DNA of 64,000 nt. It comes from Coriobacteriia bacterium (lineage in GTDB: Bacteria; Actinomycetota; Coriobacteriia; Coriobacteriales; UBA8131). A program made the position numbers and the translations under genes. The stretch is taken from positions 27,219-91,218 of the forward strand of contig WRNE01000004.1 of NCBI GenBank assembly GCA_009776725.1, given 5' to 3'. This document shows, one piece after another, positions 29,730-38,788 of the stretch. The notes beneath the pieces are model-generated. The model saw nothing but the letters and a program-made list of their open reading frames with translations. It did not search any database and was not told the DNA's origin. The first letter of the stretch is position 1; every line of letters starts with the position of its first letter.

Positions 29730-30428
29730 ATGCAAATTCTTAATGAAGGCAAGACAAAGACCGTGCTACTGGATGTTGAAAGCGGTGACTGCTATCTACG
29801 TTTCAAAGACTCGGCGACCGGTGAGGAGGGTGTTTTTGACCCAGGGTCCAATACGGTGGGAGGGAGTGTCGAAGGCAAGGGAAAGACGGGCCTGGTCATA
29901 TCCAGACACTTCTTTGAATTACTGGAAAGACAAGGTATACCTACACATTATCTAGATGCTGATATCGAAAACAACCTGATGAAGGTATTGCAGCTGGATG
30001 TTCCCAGGCTGGAGTTCGTTTTACGCTATTTTACAGCGGGGAGCATGTGCCGGCGTTTTTCACTTGAGCCGGGGCTAGCCTTTGATCCGCCTTATGCAGA
30101 GGTTACTCTAAAAGATGACGAGCAAGGAGACCCTTTGATCTCGGAGCGGATCTGCCTGATGAAGGGCTTGTTAGAAGAAGGGGAGTACGACGAAGCGTTA
30201 AGGCTGCTTGCGCGAGTCGGCGAGGTATTAAAGACAGAGCTGCTTGAATACAAGCTGAAACTGATTGATTTTAAAATCGAGATTGGTTTTGACAAAGACC
30301 GGAACATCTATGTCGTCGATGAGATCACGCCAGACATCTGGCGTGTCGAAGACGAAGAAGGGAATATCCCCAATCAGATTGAATGTGCTAATATGCTATT
30401 AGATAGGATAACTGTCCTAGGAAGTTGA
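29730..30428 (+). CDS. purC: phosphoribosylaminoimidazole-succinocarboxamide (SAICAR) synthase
   Basis: 232 aa. EGKTKTV..., RFKDSATG, GKG...ISRHFFELLERQGIPTHY, LIDFKIEIG, VVDEITPD. Confidence 0.88.
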   Translation: MQILNEGKTKTVLLDVESGDCYLRFKDSATGEEGVFDPGSNTVGGSVEGKGKTGLVISRHFFELLERQGIPTHYLDADIENNLMKVLQLDVPRLEFVLRYFTAGSMCRRFSLEPGLAFDPPYAEVTLKDDEQGDPLISERICLMKGLLEEGEYDEALRLLARVGEVLKTELLEYKLKLIDFKIEIGFDKDRNIYVVDEITPDIWRVEDEEGNIPNQIECANMLLDRITVLGS

Positions 30429-30517
30429 AAGACTGGCGGTCTTCTCCCCATAAAGACTTATTCTGATAAAGAGTTCTTTCTCTTAGGTTCTCTCCCGGGC
30501 TATTCTCCCTAAAAGGC

Positions 30518-30559
30518 GACTGACCTTGGCCAGGGAAAGGGAGGGAACCAAGGTCAGTC
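30518..30559. repeat. 12-bp perfect hairpin with purine-rich 18-nt loop in the purC-luxR spacer
   Basis: GACTGACCTTGG (30518..30529) and CCAAGGTCAGTC (30548..30559); loop CCAGGGAAAGGGAGGGAA. No U-tract follows on the plus strand. Confidence 0.6.
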
Positions 30560-30955
30560 TATAAAGAGAGGAAAACGCGGGATATGCGTTTTAGGTCAGG
30601 GGGTCAAGATGTTTTTGGGTTTGGGTGGAGATATCTACTAACGCCCCTTGACGTATACCAATTTACTCAGCCAGTCGATTCCGATCATCTAGCCAGAAGC
30701 ATGATATGAGGAAATACGACTCATGCCAGAAGCATTAAATCGGTGGTTTATTAGGGATTACGGCTTCTCGACAGACGAAAGTAAGGCAAACTTTTACAGA
30801 ATGTAGTGCAGGGGATAAACAGACAAGCAGCCATTTGTGTTTATCATTGAAGGGGTTTATTTAAAATCGAAGCGAAGAATGACAGACCAACTAGATATAC
30901 AAGCCGATTTATTCGTCTGTTAATCGGCATTTCTTGTCTTTTTTCGTTTAGCTTC

Positions 30956-32317
30956 TTGTTGATCGTGGGGGGCATCGACCGTTATTTTGAGCAAAGCTAT
31001 CAAAACCCGATGCTGATAGTGGTTTATCTTGTTGTATCGGTTGCCTTTGTCTTGCTACTGCCCTGGATGGGCAACAACCGTATCCGCAAAGCCATCAACA
31101 CTATTAATATCGGCCTGGTTATCATTTGGTCGGCAGCCCTTCTGTTTGTGCATGCCGGTGGCAGCTTTACCTACCTGTCCAACACGGCCATTGTGATTGT
31201 CGGTCTAATAATACATGCAATGCTGCTCTTTCAGTGGAACGTCCATTTCACTTTGAACAAGGTCATAGAGGTTGGCCTGATACTTTGGGTAGCCTCGTTT
31301 GCAAGCATCATACTCTTGTTCTTGTTCTACAATTCCAGCTTTCTATTACCATTGCCGGCGGTTTGTGCCTTGCCGCTGATATCGTCAGTGAGCTGCTGGT
31401 GGATAGAGATCAAAGACACGGCAAACCCTGTATCGGAGAATTCGCTTTCAGCTATATCCGAATACGACCAACTGAATTTCTCAACGGTTGGAAACCCGAG
31501 GACGATCCGCATGCTGTTCTTCGGCTTTAGGTTAGGCTTGAGTATCTTGTATGGTATTGCGTCCGGAACCTTCTCTTCATTTTATGCCCAGCCACAGACT
31601 AATATGATATTGGCGTTGCTGATTTTCACAGCTGCTATTGCGATGAGTGTGGCCTTGTTGGTAGCTTATAGAAGCAAGATATCGCCGATCAGGTTTAACA
31701 TCGTCCTGCCTTTTCTAATCGCCTTTTCGATGATTACGGTTTATTTGGGATCAAAACCGCAGGTTTTATCCAGAGTTGCCATTGGTATCGCTTGGACAGT
31801 CGGCCACGTGTTCAGCCTGAGCCAATTGCCCACATATCGCGAAATGACGAAGATGGACTTGCTAAGGTTCTCATACCTAGAAAAGGCCTCCTTGCTGGTT
31901 CCCTATGCAGTGTCGGCCCTGCTAACGTCAAGCATCGTCATAACTAACAATGTCTACCAACAATACTCCGAGCAGGTGGATCTAGCAGTTGTCTACTTCA
32001 TGTTAATGATGGTTGTGGTCTACGGGATTGCCCTAACCCGGCACCTGCTGCTTTATTTTCCCAAGCAGCACCGGCTAGAGCTGACAGAGGCAGTTGAAGA
32101 CGAGATCGACAAAGTCAATACAGTGGCCAACCGTTATTCTTTGACCAAACGTGAAAGCGAGGTCTTGTTCTACCTCGCCAAGGGCTATAGCCGTCCTTAT
32201 ATCGAAAAGAAGCTGTTCATCTCTAAGGGAACGGCCAAGACCCACATTTTCAAAATCTTCCAGAAAATCGGTGTTTCCAGCCAAGACGAGCTCATTGAGC
32301 TGGTAGAACAGGGTTAA
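30956..32317 (+). CDS. polytopic membrane LuxR-family transcriptional regulator
   Basis: 453 aa. About 10 predicted TM helices, then C-terminal LTKRESEVLFYLAKGYSRPYIEKKLFISKGTAKTHIFKIFQKIGVSS (LuxR/GerE HTH). The start codon is uncertain. Confidence 0.8.
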   Translation: MLIVGGIDRYFEQSYQNPMLIVVYLVVSVAFVLLLPWMGNNRIRKAINTINIGLVIIWSAALLFVHAGGSFTYLSNTAIVIVGLIIHAMLLFQWNVHFTLNKVIEVGLILWVASFASIILLFLFYNSSFLLPLPAVCALPLISSVSCWWIEIKDTANPVSENSLSAISEYDQLNFSTVGNPRTIRMLFFGFRLGLSILYGIASGTFSSFYAQPQTNMILALLIFTAAIAMSVALLVAYRSKISPIRFNIVLPFLIAFSMITVYLGSKPQVLSRVAIGIAWTVGHVFSLSQLPTYREMTKMDLLRFSYLEKASLLVPYAVSALLTSSIVITNNVYQQYSEQVDLAVVYFMLMMVVVYGIALTRHLLLYFPKQHRLELTEAVEDEIDKVNTVANRYSLTKRESEVLFYLAKGYSRPYIEKKLFISKGTAKTHIFKIFQKIGVSSQDELIELVEQG

Positions 32318-32404
32318 CGGGGCTAACGGGGCGTTTTACCGGGCTTCTCTCAAAGCCACCCAATACCGGGTGTTAAAAACGAACAAGCGATGTAAAATTA
32401 CTGC

Positions 32405-33625
32405 ATGTCGCGTAACGTCCCCACATACCGCCGCCTGTCTGATAGCCTACAAGCACAAATCCGGGCAGACCAACAACAAAACCGGCTTTCTCCCTGGCGG
32501 GCCTTAGACGATGAGGCGCTTCGACGTAACCCGGCTCGAGACATAGCCAACCTGCATCGGCCAGCCTTCACCCGGGATGTTGAGAAAATCATCCACTCTG
32601 CTTACTACAATCGGTATTCGGATAAGACCCAGGTCTTCTCCCTATATAAAAACGACGACTTGACCAGGCGAGCCCTGCATGTCCAACTAGTCAGCCGCGC
32701 GGCGCGGACAATCGGAAAGACGCTGGGGCTGAACCTTGACTTAATCGAGGCGATTGCGCTCGGGCACGACATGGGGCACACGCCTTTTGGCCACGCTGGC
32801 GAGCGGTTTCTAAATGAGATATTCCATGCTAATACTGGCCGCTACTTTCAACATAACGTTCAAAGCGTGCGGTTTTTGGACGAGGTCTTCAACTACAACC
32901 TCAGCCTCCAGACCCTTGACGGGATCTTATGCCATAACGGGGAGTTCGGCCTGAGGGCCTACAAGCCGGCACCTTTGCAGGGCTTTGCGAGCTTCGACTG
33001 CTTAGTCGAGGAGTGCAAGACCGACATCGACAGAACCGACCATCTGATCGCTTCGACTCTCGAGGCTTGCGTGGTGCGCATCTGCGACATGATCGCCTAT
33101 GTCGGCAAGGACCGTCAAGACGCTGAACGCATAACCGACGCGGCCCTTCTTCCCGAGTACAGCGATCGAGGCATTGGGGCAAGCAACGCAGTGATAATCA
33201 ACAACCTCACTGTCGACATTATCGAGCAAAGCTACGGAACAGACAAAATCCAGCTCTCGCTGGAAGGCTGGTCCGAGCTAGAGGACATCAAGCGTGAGAA
33301 CTACCTCCTTTTGTATGACAACCCCGACATTAACCGCTTTAACGAGCAAAGGATCAGGCCTTTGTTCGTCGCGCTCTACGAAAGGCTTCTGGCAGACCTC
33401 AAACGAGGAGACGAGTCTAGTATTATATGGAAGCACCATATACGCTTTATAGAACAGCATCAAGGCTATTACGAGCATCACAATTATCTGGAGAAAACCA
33501 CGCCTGACCAGGTCGTTACCGATTTTATTGCCAGTATGACCGACGACTATTTTATCGATCTGTATAACTACCTTTTCCCGGGCGAGGACACAGGACTGAG
33601 CTATGTTCCTTATTTCAAGGATTAA
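32405..33625 (+). CDS. dGTPase-like HD-domain triphosphohydrolase
   Basis: 406 aa. FTRDVEKIIHSAYYNRYSDKTQVF, HVQLVS, GHDMGHTPFGHAGE. Confidence 0.8.
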   Translation: MSRNVPTYRRLSDSLQAQIRADQQQNRLSPWRALDDEALRRNPARDIANLHRPAFTRDVEKIIHSAYYNRYSDKTQVFSLYKNDDLTRRALHVQLVSRAARTIGKTLGLNLDLIEAIALGHDMGHTPFGHAGERFLNEIFHANTGRYFQHNVQSVRFLDEVFNYNLSLQTLDGILCHNGEFGLRAYKPAPLQGFASFDCLVEECKTDIDRTDHLIASTLEACVVRICDMIAYVGKDRQDAERITDAALLPEYSDRGIGASNAVIINNLTVDIIEQSYGTDKIQLSLEGWSELEDIKRENYLLLYDNPDINRFNEQRIRPLFVALYERLLADLKRGDESSIIWKHHIRFIEQHQGYYEHHNYLEKTTPDQVVTDFIASMTDDYFIDLYNYLFPGEDTGLSYVPYFKD

Positions 33626-33754
33626 GGGCTTATTGGGATTAAGCGCTTTTTGGCAACGGCTTATTATTTACATAAATGAAAAGACGGTAGCTTTGTGGAA
33701 CCTGAAATATAGTAGAATACTTTTCACTTCTTGCTGCTTTAAGTGTTTTTGTGT

Positions 33755-33830
33755 GGGGATGTAGCTCAGCTGGGAGAGCAACACGTTCGCAACGTGTAGG
33801 CCGGGGGTTCGAGTCCCCTCATCTCCACCA
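33755..33830 (+). tRNA. tRNA-Ala (anticodon CGC)
   Basis: GGGGATG/CATCTCC acceptor with the G3:U70 Ala identity pair. GCTCAGCTGGGAGAGC D-arm. ACACG-TTCGCAA-CGTGT anticodon arm. GGTTCGAGTCC T-loop. Encoded CCA. Confidence 0.92.
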
Positions 33831-34210
33831 TCTCCAACTCATTGCCAGGAAACAAAAGCGGCAGCAACTCTCATATGTTTTCAATGATAAGAAGGACTCA
33901 GGGATTCTCACAAGATTAGTTCACCCTGTAAAGAGCTATTGCATCATGTGTCTGTCTGCTTTAGTTTCGCAAGGTCCCTGTTTTAACAAGCATCGAGCAC
34001 GCACCCTGATAGCGGGAGCTGGGAACAGCCGTCGATTTAACATTCCTCGAATAGCAAGCCTCCTGCATTATCATCTTCCCCCCTCATTCGGTACGAATGC
34101 TCATGTGCCTTTTTCGCCTATAATCGATTCGACCATGGCTTAGCTTGCTGTGCTCTTGTCAAAGGGCTAGCAAGCTCATCTGTCTGAGGATTGAGGTTAG
34201 AGGTACCCTG

Positions 34211-34762
34211 ATGTTGTTTCGCATCAACAACCACCAAGCTAGGTACGATGCTAAAGCCGACTCGCTGGTCTTTTGGTGTTCAGGCGTTGATGAGCATGAC
34301 GACGCATTGGCTGCCGTCTTCGACGCATTCCTGCTTGACCTGTCCGAGGAGCGACAAACCTTCATACGCTCATATCGCCTGCCTGAACAGTTCGAGCAGG
34401 AGCTTTTCGGCTCAGCAGCGATCCAGGAGAAGGCGGCAAATCAAATAGATAAATATAAGGCTAGCTACTTTTTTCTGAGCAAGGCACGCCTCGACAGCAG
34501 GCATCTCTCTGCAGCCACCGAGCTATACCTCTTCTTCTGCGACAGCTCCATGCGCTGGGAAGACTTCTTGGCGACCAGCACCAGCAAAGCAATAGAGCTA
34601 GTCGACTCAGGTTTGGCATCCGCGCTCTTCGCCAGCGTCGACCAAGGAGCGGACTTCTGGTTTTTTGGGGATAAGACCATCGAGAATCGAGCCATGCAGC
34701 TGCTTGATGGCTTGGCAGCCTTTGGCTACGAGGTCAAACCAGCCTACAATCTACACTTGTAG
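34211..34762 (+). CDS. hypothetical protein (no recognisable family)
   Basis: ATG 34211 after GAGGTTAGAGG; 183 aa (the track ORF starts at 34145). Lies between tRNA-Ala and its partial duplicate. Confidence 0.5.
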   Translation: MLFRINNHQARYDAKADSLVFWCSGVDEHDDALAAVFDAFLLDLSEERQTFIRSYRLPEQFEQELFGSAAIQEKAANQIDKYKASYFFLSKARLDSRHLSAATELYLFFCDSSMRWEDFLATSTSKAIELVDSGLASALFASVDQGADFWFFGDKTIENRAMQLLDGLAAFGYEVKPAYNLHL

Positions 34763-34906
34763 TTTTTAACGCTGCCTGCCCAACTGACATCTCGGGCGTT
34801 TAGCAGTAGAATCGCCTTCTCGTTTGAAAAGGTGACATTTTACGAAGCTTTTCATATATTCATGCACATCACCAAAAGGGTTTGTCGTTTACGACAGTTT
34901 GGAAGT

Positions 34907-34959
34907 GCAACACGTTCGCAACGTGTAGGCCGGGGGTTCGAGTTCTCTCGTATCCACCA
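34907..34959 (+). pseudogene. decayed duplicate of the 3' half of tRNA-Ala(CGC)
   Basis: 37 nt (34907..34943) are identical to 33778..33814 (anticodon arm through T-loop). The sequence then diverges (TTCTCTCGTATCCACCA vs CCCCTCATCTCCACCA). The upstream sequence cannot form a proper D-arm or acceptor stem. Confidence 0.75.
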
Positions 34960-35064
34960 TGTTTATATGCAGGCCTTAAGGCTATCGAGTGGAAATATAG
35001 GTCAAAATATTACGCTATAGAATCACAAATTATTGAAACAGAAAAAATAATACTAAATGGTATA

Positions 35065-35093
35065 TTGACATCCGTTATCAGAATAGTTACTGT
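35065..35093 (+). promoter_or_regulatory. candidate sigma70-type promoter for the riboswitch-led operon
   Basis: TTGACA (35065..35070), a 17-nt spacer, then TACTGT (35088..35093), about 15 nt upstream of the riboswitch P1. Confidence 0.35.
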
Positions 35094-35107
35094 CTCTTAG
35101 TGTAAAA

Positions 35108-35286
35108 AGCGATATCGATTTAGTAGGTAACACTACTGGAAGCCGGTGCAAATCCGACACAGGAACGCTGCTGTAAGAATCGAGCGACCTTTCTTGGTTA
35201 GAAGCCAGCCACTGAGGTGTAAGAGGATAGCCTTGGGAAGGCGAAAGGCCTGCGATGACATTCAAGTCAGAACACATCGGTATCGT
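35108..35286 (+). promoter_or_regulatory. cobalamin (B12) riboswitch 1
   Basis: P1 GATATCGAT/ATCGGTATC. Conserved GGTGCAAATCC, GCCACTG, GGGAAGGC and B12-box-like AGTCAGAACACATCGG elements. Confidence 0.85.
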
Positions 35287-35469
35287 GGGTTTATGTGGAG
35301 CTCTTCGGTGTCAAGAGATACATAGACGTTTCGCATGAGAAAGACAAATGAAGGCTAGTCCGCTTAAGTAAGCATCGCTTGTCTGTCTTGATTGAGAATA
35401 ATGTCTGTCTTATCCCGATGGAGCTGCTCACGGTTCACACGGGTATTTTTTTATCTGGAGAGGGATGAG

Positions 35470-36489
35470 ATGGAGCAGACGAAAAAAACATATAGTTTTA
35501 CAGCTATCGTCGGTCAAGAAGATATGAAAACCGCTCTAGTACTAAACGTCATTAATCCGAATTTAGGCGGTGTGCTGATACGAGGCGAGAAAGGCACTGC
35601 AAAGTCTACAGCGGTTCGGGCATTAGCAGAGCTTTTGCCTGAGCGGAAGCAAGTAGCCGGTTGTAGGTTCAGCTGTGACCCTGATGACGAGGCAGCATTA
35701 TGCAGCGAATGTCAAGAACTACTGGACAATGGCCAAGAGCTTGAAACAATCAAAGCCCCTATGCGAGTCATCGAGCTTCCGGTCAGCGCTACAGAAGACC
35801 GGGTTGTGGGTACACTTGACTTAGAATATGCCATAAAAACCGGTGAGAAGAAATTCGAGACCGGAATCTTGGCTATGGCTAACCGAAACATCCTCTATGT
35901 AGACGAAGTCAATCTCTTAGATGACCATGTTGTCGATGTTTTGCTAGATTCAGCAGCTATGGGAGTAAACACTGTAGAGCGCGAGGGAGTCTCCTATATG
36001 CATCCAGCCAGATTTATATTGGTTGGTACCATGAATCCTGAAGAGGGCGACTTGCGGCCACAGCTGATAGACCGTTTCGGGCTGTCAGTAACTGTAGTCG
36101 GCGAACATGAGGTTGAAAAACGTATCTCAGTTGTCCAAAACCGATTGAAATATGAAGACGAGCCCGAAGTCTTCTTTGCGGAATATGAGCCCTTACAAGA
36201 AGATTTACGAGTAAGAATTAAGACTGCCGAAGACCTGTTAAGCCAAGTCAGCTATAGCCAAGAAATCCTAGAAAGAATAGCACGTATCTGTATAGCCTTA
36301 AACGTCGATGGCCATCGGGCAGATATTGTCATGTTGAAAACAGCCCGAACCCTTGCCGCCTATCATGGGCGGATCGAAGTGACCGTAGACGATGTGATGG
36401 AAGCTGCCAGACTAGCCTTGCCCCATCGTATGCGGAGACGCCCCTTCGAAGACGTAGAGCTCGATATCACAGCGATCGCTGATATTTAA
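35470..36489 (+). CDS. ChlI/BchI-type AAA+ chelatase subunit (CobS-equivalent)
   Basis: ATG 35470 after GGAGAGGG (the track ORF extends to 35392). [38 protein letters not shown], Walker [31 protein letters not shown]. Contains a Cys-rich insert CRFSCDP...CSEC. Confidence 0.85.
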   Translation: MEQTKKTYSFTAIVGQEDMKTALVLNVINPNLGGVLIRGEKGTAKSTAVRALAELLPERKQVAGCRFSCDPDDEAALCSECQELLDNGQELETIKAPMRVIELPVSATEDRVVGTLDLEYAIKTGEKKFETGILAMANRNILYVDEVNLLDDHVVDVLLDSAAMGVNTVEREGVSYMHPARFILVGTMNPEEGDLRPQLIDRFGLSVTVVGEHEVEKRISVVQNRLKYEDEPEVFFAEYEPLQEDLRVRIKTAEDLLSQVSYSQEILERIARICIALNVDGHRADIVMLKTARTLAAYHGRIEVTVDDVMEAARLALPHRMRRRPFEDVELDITAIADI

Positions 36490-36500
36490 ACAGCCCAGGT

Positions 36501-37538
36501 TTGATGATGAGTTCTGGAACTGAAAAAATCCGTCTTACCCTGACGGCATTGGGTTTTATAGTCTTGATTTTTGGGATCATAGCTATCCTGTTGTTAAACA
36601 TCGGAGTTGGTTCGGCAAACATTAGTGTGTCTGAGGTTTTAAAGATCATCTTTGGGATGACAGAGCCAGATGACACAAAGGCCATTATCGTTATGCGCAT
36701 CAGGCTGCCCCGTGCACTAGCAGCAGCTATTGGTGGAGCATCTTTGGCTATTGCTGGGTTATTGCTACAGACTTTTTTCTCAAATCCAATTGTCGAGCCT
36801 TATGTCTTAGGCATTTCGTCAGGGGCAACGCTCTTTGTCGGCCTGGTGCTTTTGGGAGGTTTTACCTTTGGGCTAGCTAGAATCACGCCAATGATGATGT
36901 TCTTCGGGGCTTTTGTTGGAGCGATGATCGTAATGGTTATCGTTTTAGTTGCTGCCCGCAAAGTGAAAAGCATCATCACATTATTGATTATCGGCTTGAT
37001 GGTCGGATATCTCTGCAGCGCTTCGAATAGCATTATGACGGCTTTTGCCGACCGTGAGCGCTTACAGATGTTTAGCATGTGGACGATGGGTAGCTTTGCA
37101 GGGACTACCTGGGAGCAAATAAGATTACTCTATAGCATTATAGTACCAATGCTAGTATTTGCTTTCTTACTAGCAAAGCCGTTAAACGCTTTAGCTATGG
37201 GTGACAATTACGCCTCCAGCATGGGGATCAATGTCAAATACATTCGATATTTGCTGATATTGATTTCAGGTTGTCTGACAGCTGCAACTACAGCTTTTGC
37301 CGGCCCGGTCTCATTTATCGGTTTGGCCGTCCCACATATCTGCCGTGTAGGTTTTCGTACTTTAAACAATCGCATTTTAATACCAGCTGCTGCTATGGGG
37401 GGAGCATTGATGGCAAGCATTTGTGACTTTATCGCTAGAAACATTGTCTCACCACTGGAGCTGCCCTTGGCTGCTGTGACTTCCATCATCGGAGCACCGA
37501 TTGTGGTTTATCTTCTGACCAGAAGGGAGCTGACATGA
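36501..37538 (+). CDS. FecCD/BtuC-family ABC importer permease
   Basis: 345 aa. About 9-10 TM helices, RLPRALAAAIGGASLAIAGLLLQ, typical C-terminal GAPIVVYLL. Confidence 0.88.
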   Translation: MMMSSGTEKIRLTLTALGFIVLIFGIIAILLLNIGVGSANISVSEVLKIIFGMTEPDDTKAIIVMRIRLPRALAAAIGGASLAIAGLLLQTFFSNPIVEPYVLGISSGATLFVGLVLLGGFTFGLARITPMMMFFGAFVGAMIVMVIVLVAARKVKSIITLLIIGLMVGYLCSASNSIMTAFADRERLQMFSMWTMGSFAGTTWEQIRLLYSIIVPMLVFAFLLAKPLNALAMGDNYASSMGINVKYIRYLLILISGCLTAATTAFAGPVSFIGLAVPHICRVGFRTLNNRILIPAAAMGGALMASICDFIARNIVSPLELPLAAVTSIIGAPIVVYLLTRRELT

Positions 37539-38782
37539 TTGAAAACAATGGTCAGAAAGCCGTTTTATACACAGAGGGCTTAAATGTCGGATATGACGAC
37601 AAGGTTGTTATCAGAGGAGTGAACGTTGACGCTTTAAAGGGGCAAACGATTTGTCTGATCGGCCCGAATGGGGCAGGCAAATCGACGATACTACGCACGC
37701 TTGCAGGGATGCTGGCTCCCGTTGATGGCGCAGTCTATATAAGCCCAGACTCAATAAGCCAAGACGATATCAGTGATATAAAAGCTTCCGATAGAGCAAA
37801 GTACATGGCTGTCGTCTTAACCGAAAAGCCAGACATGAACCAGACAACAGCCTACGAGATAGTATCTATGGGGCGTACCCCTTTTACCAATTTCTTTGGC
37901 CGTTTAGGAGAGGATGACCACCAGATTATCAAAGAGTCTATGCAGGCAGTAGGCGCTATCGATCTAGCCGATCGTTTTTTTAACAGCCTAAGTGATGGGG
38001 AGAAACAAAAAGTAATGATTGCCCGCGCCCTTGCCCAAGAGCCAAAGCTGATCATCTTGGACGAGCCGACCAGCCACTTGGACATCCGTCACAAAATCGA
38101 AGTAATCCGAATTCTCAACCAGCTTTCCCAAGAGCGGGAGCTGACTGTCATTTTGGCTCTTCACGATGTCGATATAGCTGTCAAGTCATGTCAAAACGTG
38201 TTGATGATAAAAGATGGGGAGGTAGTGGCTCAAGGCAAACCTGAAGACATTGTCAAAGCAGACACCATTGGTAGCCTTTATGACATTCTTGGGGCTTCTT
38301 ACGACTCTGTCTTAGGAAGTTTTGAGCTTTGTTATCAAAACACCCCAGAGATCTTCATTGTAGCAGGAGCTGGGACTGGCGCACCTTTCTTCCGGTCACT
38401 CTCACGTTTGGGTTATGGGATTGCGACAGGCATCCTCCATGAAAACGATATCGATTACAAAATATCAAGCGCAATGAACCTGACAGTTGTCTCGGAGGAG
38501 AGCTTTCATCCTATCACTGGTGAAAGGATCCAAAAAGCTACTTCATTGTTAAACGAGTCAAGCTGTGCAATAGATACCGGTTTTCCTGTTGGAGAGTTTA
38601 ATCACGAAAACCTCGAATGCCTACAGGCATATGCACATAATGGGGGGCAGGTCTTTAGCCTAAGAAGCAGGTCAGAGATTTTAAGGCTTTATCCAGGTTT
38701 GTCCATAACCCCCCTCTCTTCGGTGTCCGAATTGCCTGCTCTTATCCCGATAAAAAAAGACAAAACAGCGAAACAGGTTTGA
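37535..38782 (+). CDS. BtuD/FecE-type ABC ATPase with an extra ~160-aa C-terminal domain
   Basis: 415 aa. GPNGAGKST, LSDGEKQKV, LIILDEPTSHLD, then an unassigned alpha/beta-looking domain (IFIVAGAGTGAPFFRSL...). ATGA overlap with the permease stop. Confidence 0.85.
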   Translation: MIENNGQKAVLYTEGLNVGYDDKVVIRGVNVDALKGQTICLIGPNGAGKSTILRTLAGMLAPVDGAVYISPDSISQDDISDIKASDRAKYMAVVLTEKPDMNQTTAYEIVSMGRTPFTNFFGRLGEDDHQIIKESMQAVGAIDLADRFFNSLSDGEKQKVMIARALAQEPKLIILDEPTSHLDIRHKIEVIRILNQLSQERELTVILALHDVDIAVKSCQNVLMIKDGEVVAQGKPEDIVKADTIGSLYDILGASYDSVLGSFELCYQNTPEIFIVAGAGTGAPFFRSLSRLGYGIATGILHENDIDYKISSAMNLTVVSEESFHPITGERIQKATSLLNESSCAIDTGFPVGEFNHENLECLQAYAHNGGQVFSLRSRSEILRLYPGLSITPLSSVSELPALIPIKKDKTAKQV

Positions 38783-38788
38783 GACTGT

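Noticed and set aside
33751-35020. Track ORFs 33751..34143 and 34832..35020 (also 34882..35100).
   Set aside because: They read straight through tRNA-Ala and its partial duplicate (the shared peptide SQRVGRGFE is the tRNA sequence translated). They are artefacts.
35392-35469. The N-terminal extension of the ChlI-like ORF ([26 protein letters not shown]).
   Set aside because: The TTG start has no RBS and the extension has no similarity to the ChlI family. ATG 35470 has GGAGAGGG upstream and gives the canonical family N-terminus.
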